A stretch of 64,000 nt of DNA from Felis catus. Its lineage: Eukaryota. Of this stretch, positions 63,741 through 64,000 are shown one piece after another; the stretch's first letter is position 1, and every line of letters begins with the position of its first letter. The notes beneath the pieces were generated by a model that was given only the letters and a program-made list of their open reading frames with translations, was not told the DNA's origin and did no database searches. The stretch lies in the NCBI RefSeq assembly GCF_018350175.1, contig NC_058368.1:76262001-76326000 (forward strand). The letters are read 5' to 3'. The position numbers and the translations under genes were made by a program.

Positions 63741-64000
63741 AAAAAATCTCCCTCGTGGGAGCGTGAAGACCACGGTGGTAGCGGAAAGTGGGGACAAGAA
63801 GAGCAGTTGGAGTTTCTGATAAAGGCTGGGGGGTCGTGGCGGGGGAGGGGGGGGTCATAAAACCACCGATCACAGGAAGCACCTTCACAGAGTATTCAGG
63901 CATTCTCAGCGGCGTGGAGTTGAACCACTGTCCCCAACAGGTCTAGAATGTAAGGCACAGGGAAGAATGCATAATTTGAAGAAACTTAAGATTGAATATC

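Noticed and set aside
1..64000. CRISPR arrays, operons, rRNA, CpG-island promoter or intact provirus
   Set aside because: No regularly spaced repeats, rRNA motifs, extended CpG island or gag/pol/env seen; the window is mammalian intronic and intergenic DNA.

Overview
Mammalian (carnivoran, almost certainly felid) genomic DNA, dense in tRNA-derived Can-SINE/SINEC_Fc elements (~38 copies). It also holds L1 fragments, MaLR/ERVL LTRs, hAT MITEs (MER53, MER5A, MER20), MIR/L2/L3 fossils and microsatellites. Nearly all listed ORFs are repeat artefacts. The best genic signal is the 3' end of a minus-strand, long-intron gene that I cannot name. A protein-like exon at 57069-56952 (AKLKEIDPYQYSDWHTDDPPQPTLGGHGLSPFRLASMVN) joins in phase to a candidate last exon at 22062-22003 (GRYFNSRQCPEPSYLTSYC*), followed by AATAAA at 21839-21834. 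Positions ~1-21000 then look intergenic, with repeat-free homeobox-motif-rich blocks and a paired ETS site. I found no convincing new multi-gene system. The best leads are this gene end (non-canonical donor, two open frames in the last exon, a look-alike 21 kb downstream) and several unusual retrotransposition structures. Repeat family names come from recall of consensus sequences, not a database search, and boundaries of old repeats are approximate.
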